A DNA stretch of 64,000 bases, taken from NCBI RefSeq assembly GCF_018977255.1, contig NW_024704742.1:126048001-126112000 (forward strand), given 5' to 3'. The notes under the pieces were generated by a model. The model was given only the letters and a program-made list of their open reading frames with translations, had not been told where the DNA came from and did not search any database. The translations under genes were made by a program, and so were the position numbers. Every line of letters begins with the position of its first letter. The first letter of the stretch is position 1. Of this stretch, positions 62,640 through 64,000 are shown in pieces. This stretch comes from Callorhinchus milii. Lineage: Eukaryota.

Positions 62640-63782
62640 ATAGGAACATAGGAACACAAAGAGGTTGTTCAGCCCTTCAAGCCTGTTCCTTATTTAATTA
62701 GAACATGGCTGATCTGTACCTCAACTAATCCACTCAATTCCAATTTCCTGCTTTCTCCTCCTATCCCTTAATATCCTGACCTAACAAAAATCTCTCAACC
62801 TCACACTTGAAGGTGTGGATGGATACAGCATCCACAGCCTTTTCGGGGAGAGAATTCCAGATTTCTACCACCCTTTTAGTGAAAAAATGCTTCTTGATTT
62901 CACTCTTAAATGGTTTGCTTCTAATTTTAAGACTATGGCCCTTTGTTTGGATTCCCCCATCAGAGGAAATAGTTTCTCTCTATCTACCCTATCAAATCCC
63001 TTTATCATGTTAAATAACTCAATCAAATCACCCCTCAACCTTCTAAACTCAAGGGAATACAATCTAAGTTTATGCTTTCCTCGTAACTTAGCTCTTTTAT
63101 GCCTAGTAACATTCTGGTGAACCTGTGCTGCACCCCCTCCAGGGCCAATATATCTTTCCTGAGATGTGGTGCCCAAAACTGAATGCATTCTCCAGATGAA
63201 GTCTGACTAATGCTCTATACAGCTGAAACATAATTTCTTCCCCTTTGTATTCCAGGCCCCTTGAGATAAAGGCCAACAGTCCATTCACCTTTTTGTTTAT
63301 GTTTTGCACCTGGGAACTCGTTTTTAGTGATTTGTGAAGATGGACACCCTCCACAGTTCTTAATTTCTCCCCAATAAGAAAATGTTCTGTTTTATCTTTT
63401 TTCGGTCTAGTGTGGATGACTTCACACTTTCCTATATTGAATTCCATCTGCCACAGCTTTGCCCACTCACTTAATCTACCTACGTCCCTTTGTAACTTCC
63501 TACTCCCATCTACACAACTTACTGAGCCTCCTAGCTTAGTGTCGTCTGCAAACTTGGATATAAAAGTTTCTATTCCTTCAACCAAGTCATTTATATATAT
63601 GGCAAGTAGCTGGGGTCCTGGTACAGACCCCTGGGGGACACCACTTGTCACGTCCCGGCAATCAGAGAATGTTCCACTTATCTCTACTCTCTGTTGCCTC
63701 CCAACCAATTACCAAGTCACGTCACAAGGTTACGTCCGACTCCACGCACTTCCATTTTCGCTAATAATCTTTTGTGTGGAAC
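62640..63782 (-). mobile_element. CR1 LINE RT-to-3' end, antisense
   Basis: Minus strand encodes RQQRV...VTSGVPQGSVPGP...IYINDL...SKFADDTKLG...WQMEFNIGKC...LYRALVRLHLE...LYSLEFRRLRGDLIE; tail cataggaacataggaaca. Confidence 0.93.
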
Positions 63783-64000
63783 ACATGTTGTGCTAATACG
63801 AGGGATCATCATTTTTGCTTGACTTCCACTGAAAATATTGGTTCTAAAACTTATTTATTGCAGTCGAAAGCTGAGCTACTGGGTGGTGCCCCATCCTGAA
63901 GTGGACAATGAGCAGGAAAGCAAACAATATCTGTAGGACTGATGGCAACCATGGGGAGTTTCATGGGTAGCACTAGGATTGAAAAGTTGTTTGAATGACA

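Noticed and set aside
63103..63708. 201-aa ORF as a functional gene
   Set aside because: CR1 RT fragment, 5'-truncated, with frameshifts.

Overview
This is eukaryotic (vertebrate) genomic DNA, not a prokaryotic locus. The + strand carries the 3' half of an HCN1 gene (hyperpolarization-activated cyclic nucleotide-gated channel 1). Four coding exons (3159-3305, 22653-22893, 28095-28259, 45145-46022) have GT/AG ends and matching phases, and splice into about 476 aa covering the C-linker, the cyclic-nucleotide-binding domain and a C-terminus ending in SNL. A repeat-poor probable 3'UTR follows to about 48.4 kb. The introns and downstream region are dense with L2 and CR1 LINE fragments, two L2-tailed SINE families (one with a tRNA-Ala-like head, one Deu-domain/SacSINE-like), a few non-autonomous DNA-transposon remnants and one unidentified ~160 bp dispersed repeat. 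The repeat spectrum suggests a cartilaginous fish, possibly a holocephalan (inference only). Almost all other ORFs in the track are LINE/SINE fragments or noise. I found no support for a wholly new biological system. The most interesting points are a chimeric SINE with a nearly complete tRNA cloverleaf, a covarying LINE/SINE 3' stem-loop, nested insertions with readable junctions, inverted repeats around the CNBD exons, a structured 3'UTR element and substitutions at normally conserved CNBD positions. Comparisons with human proteins and repeat consensuses are from memory and were not computed.
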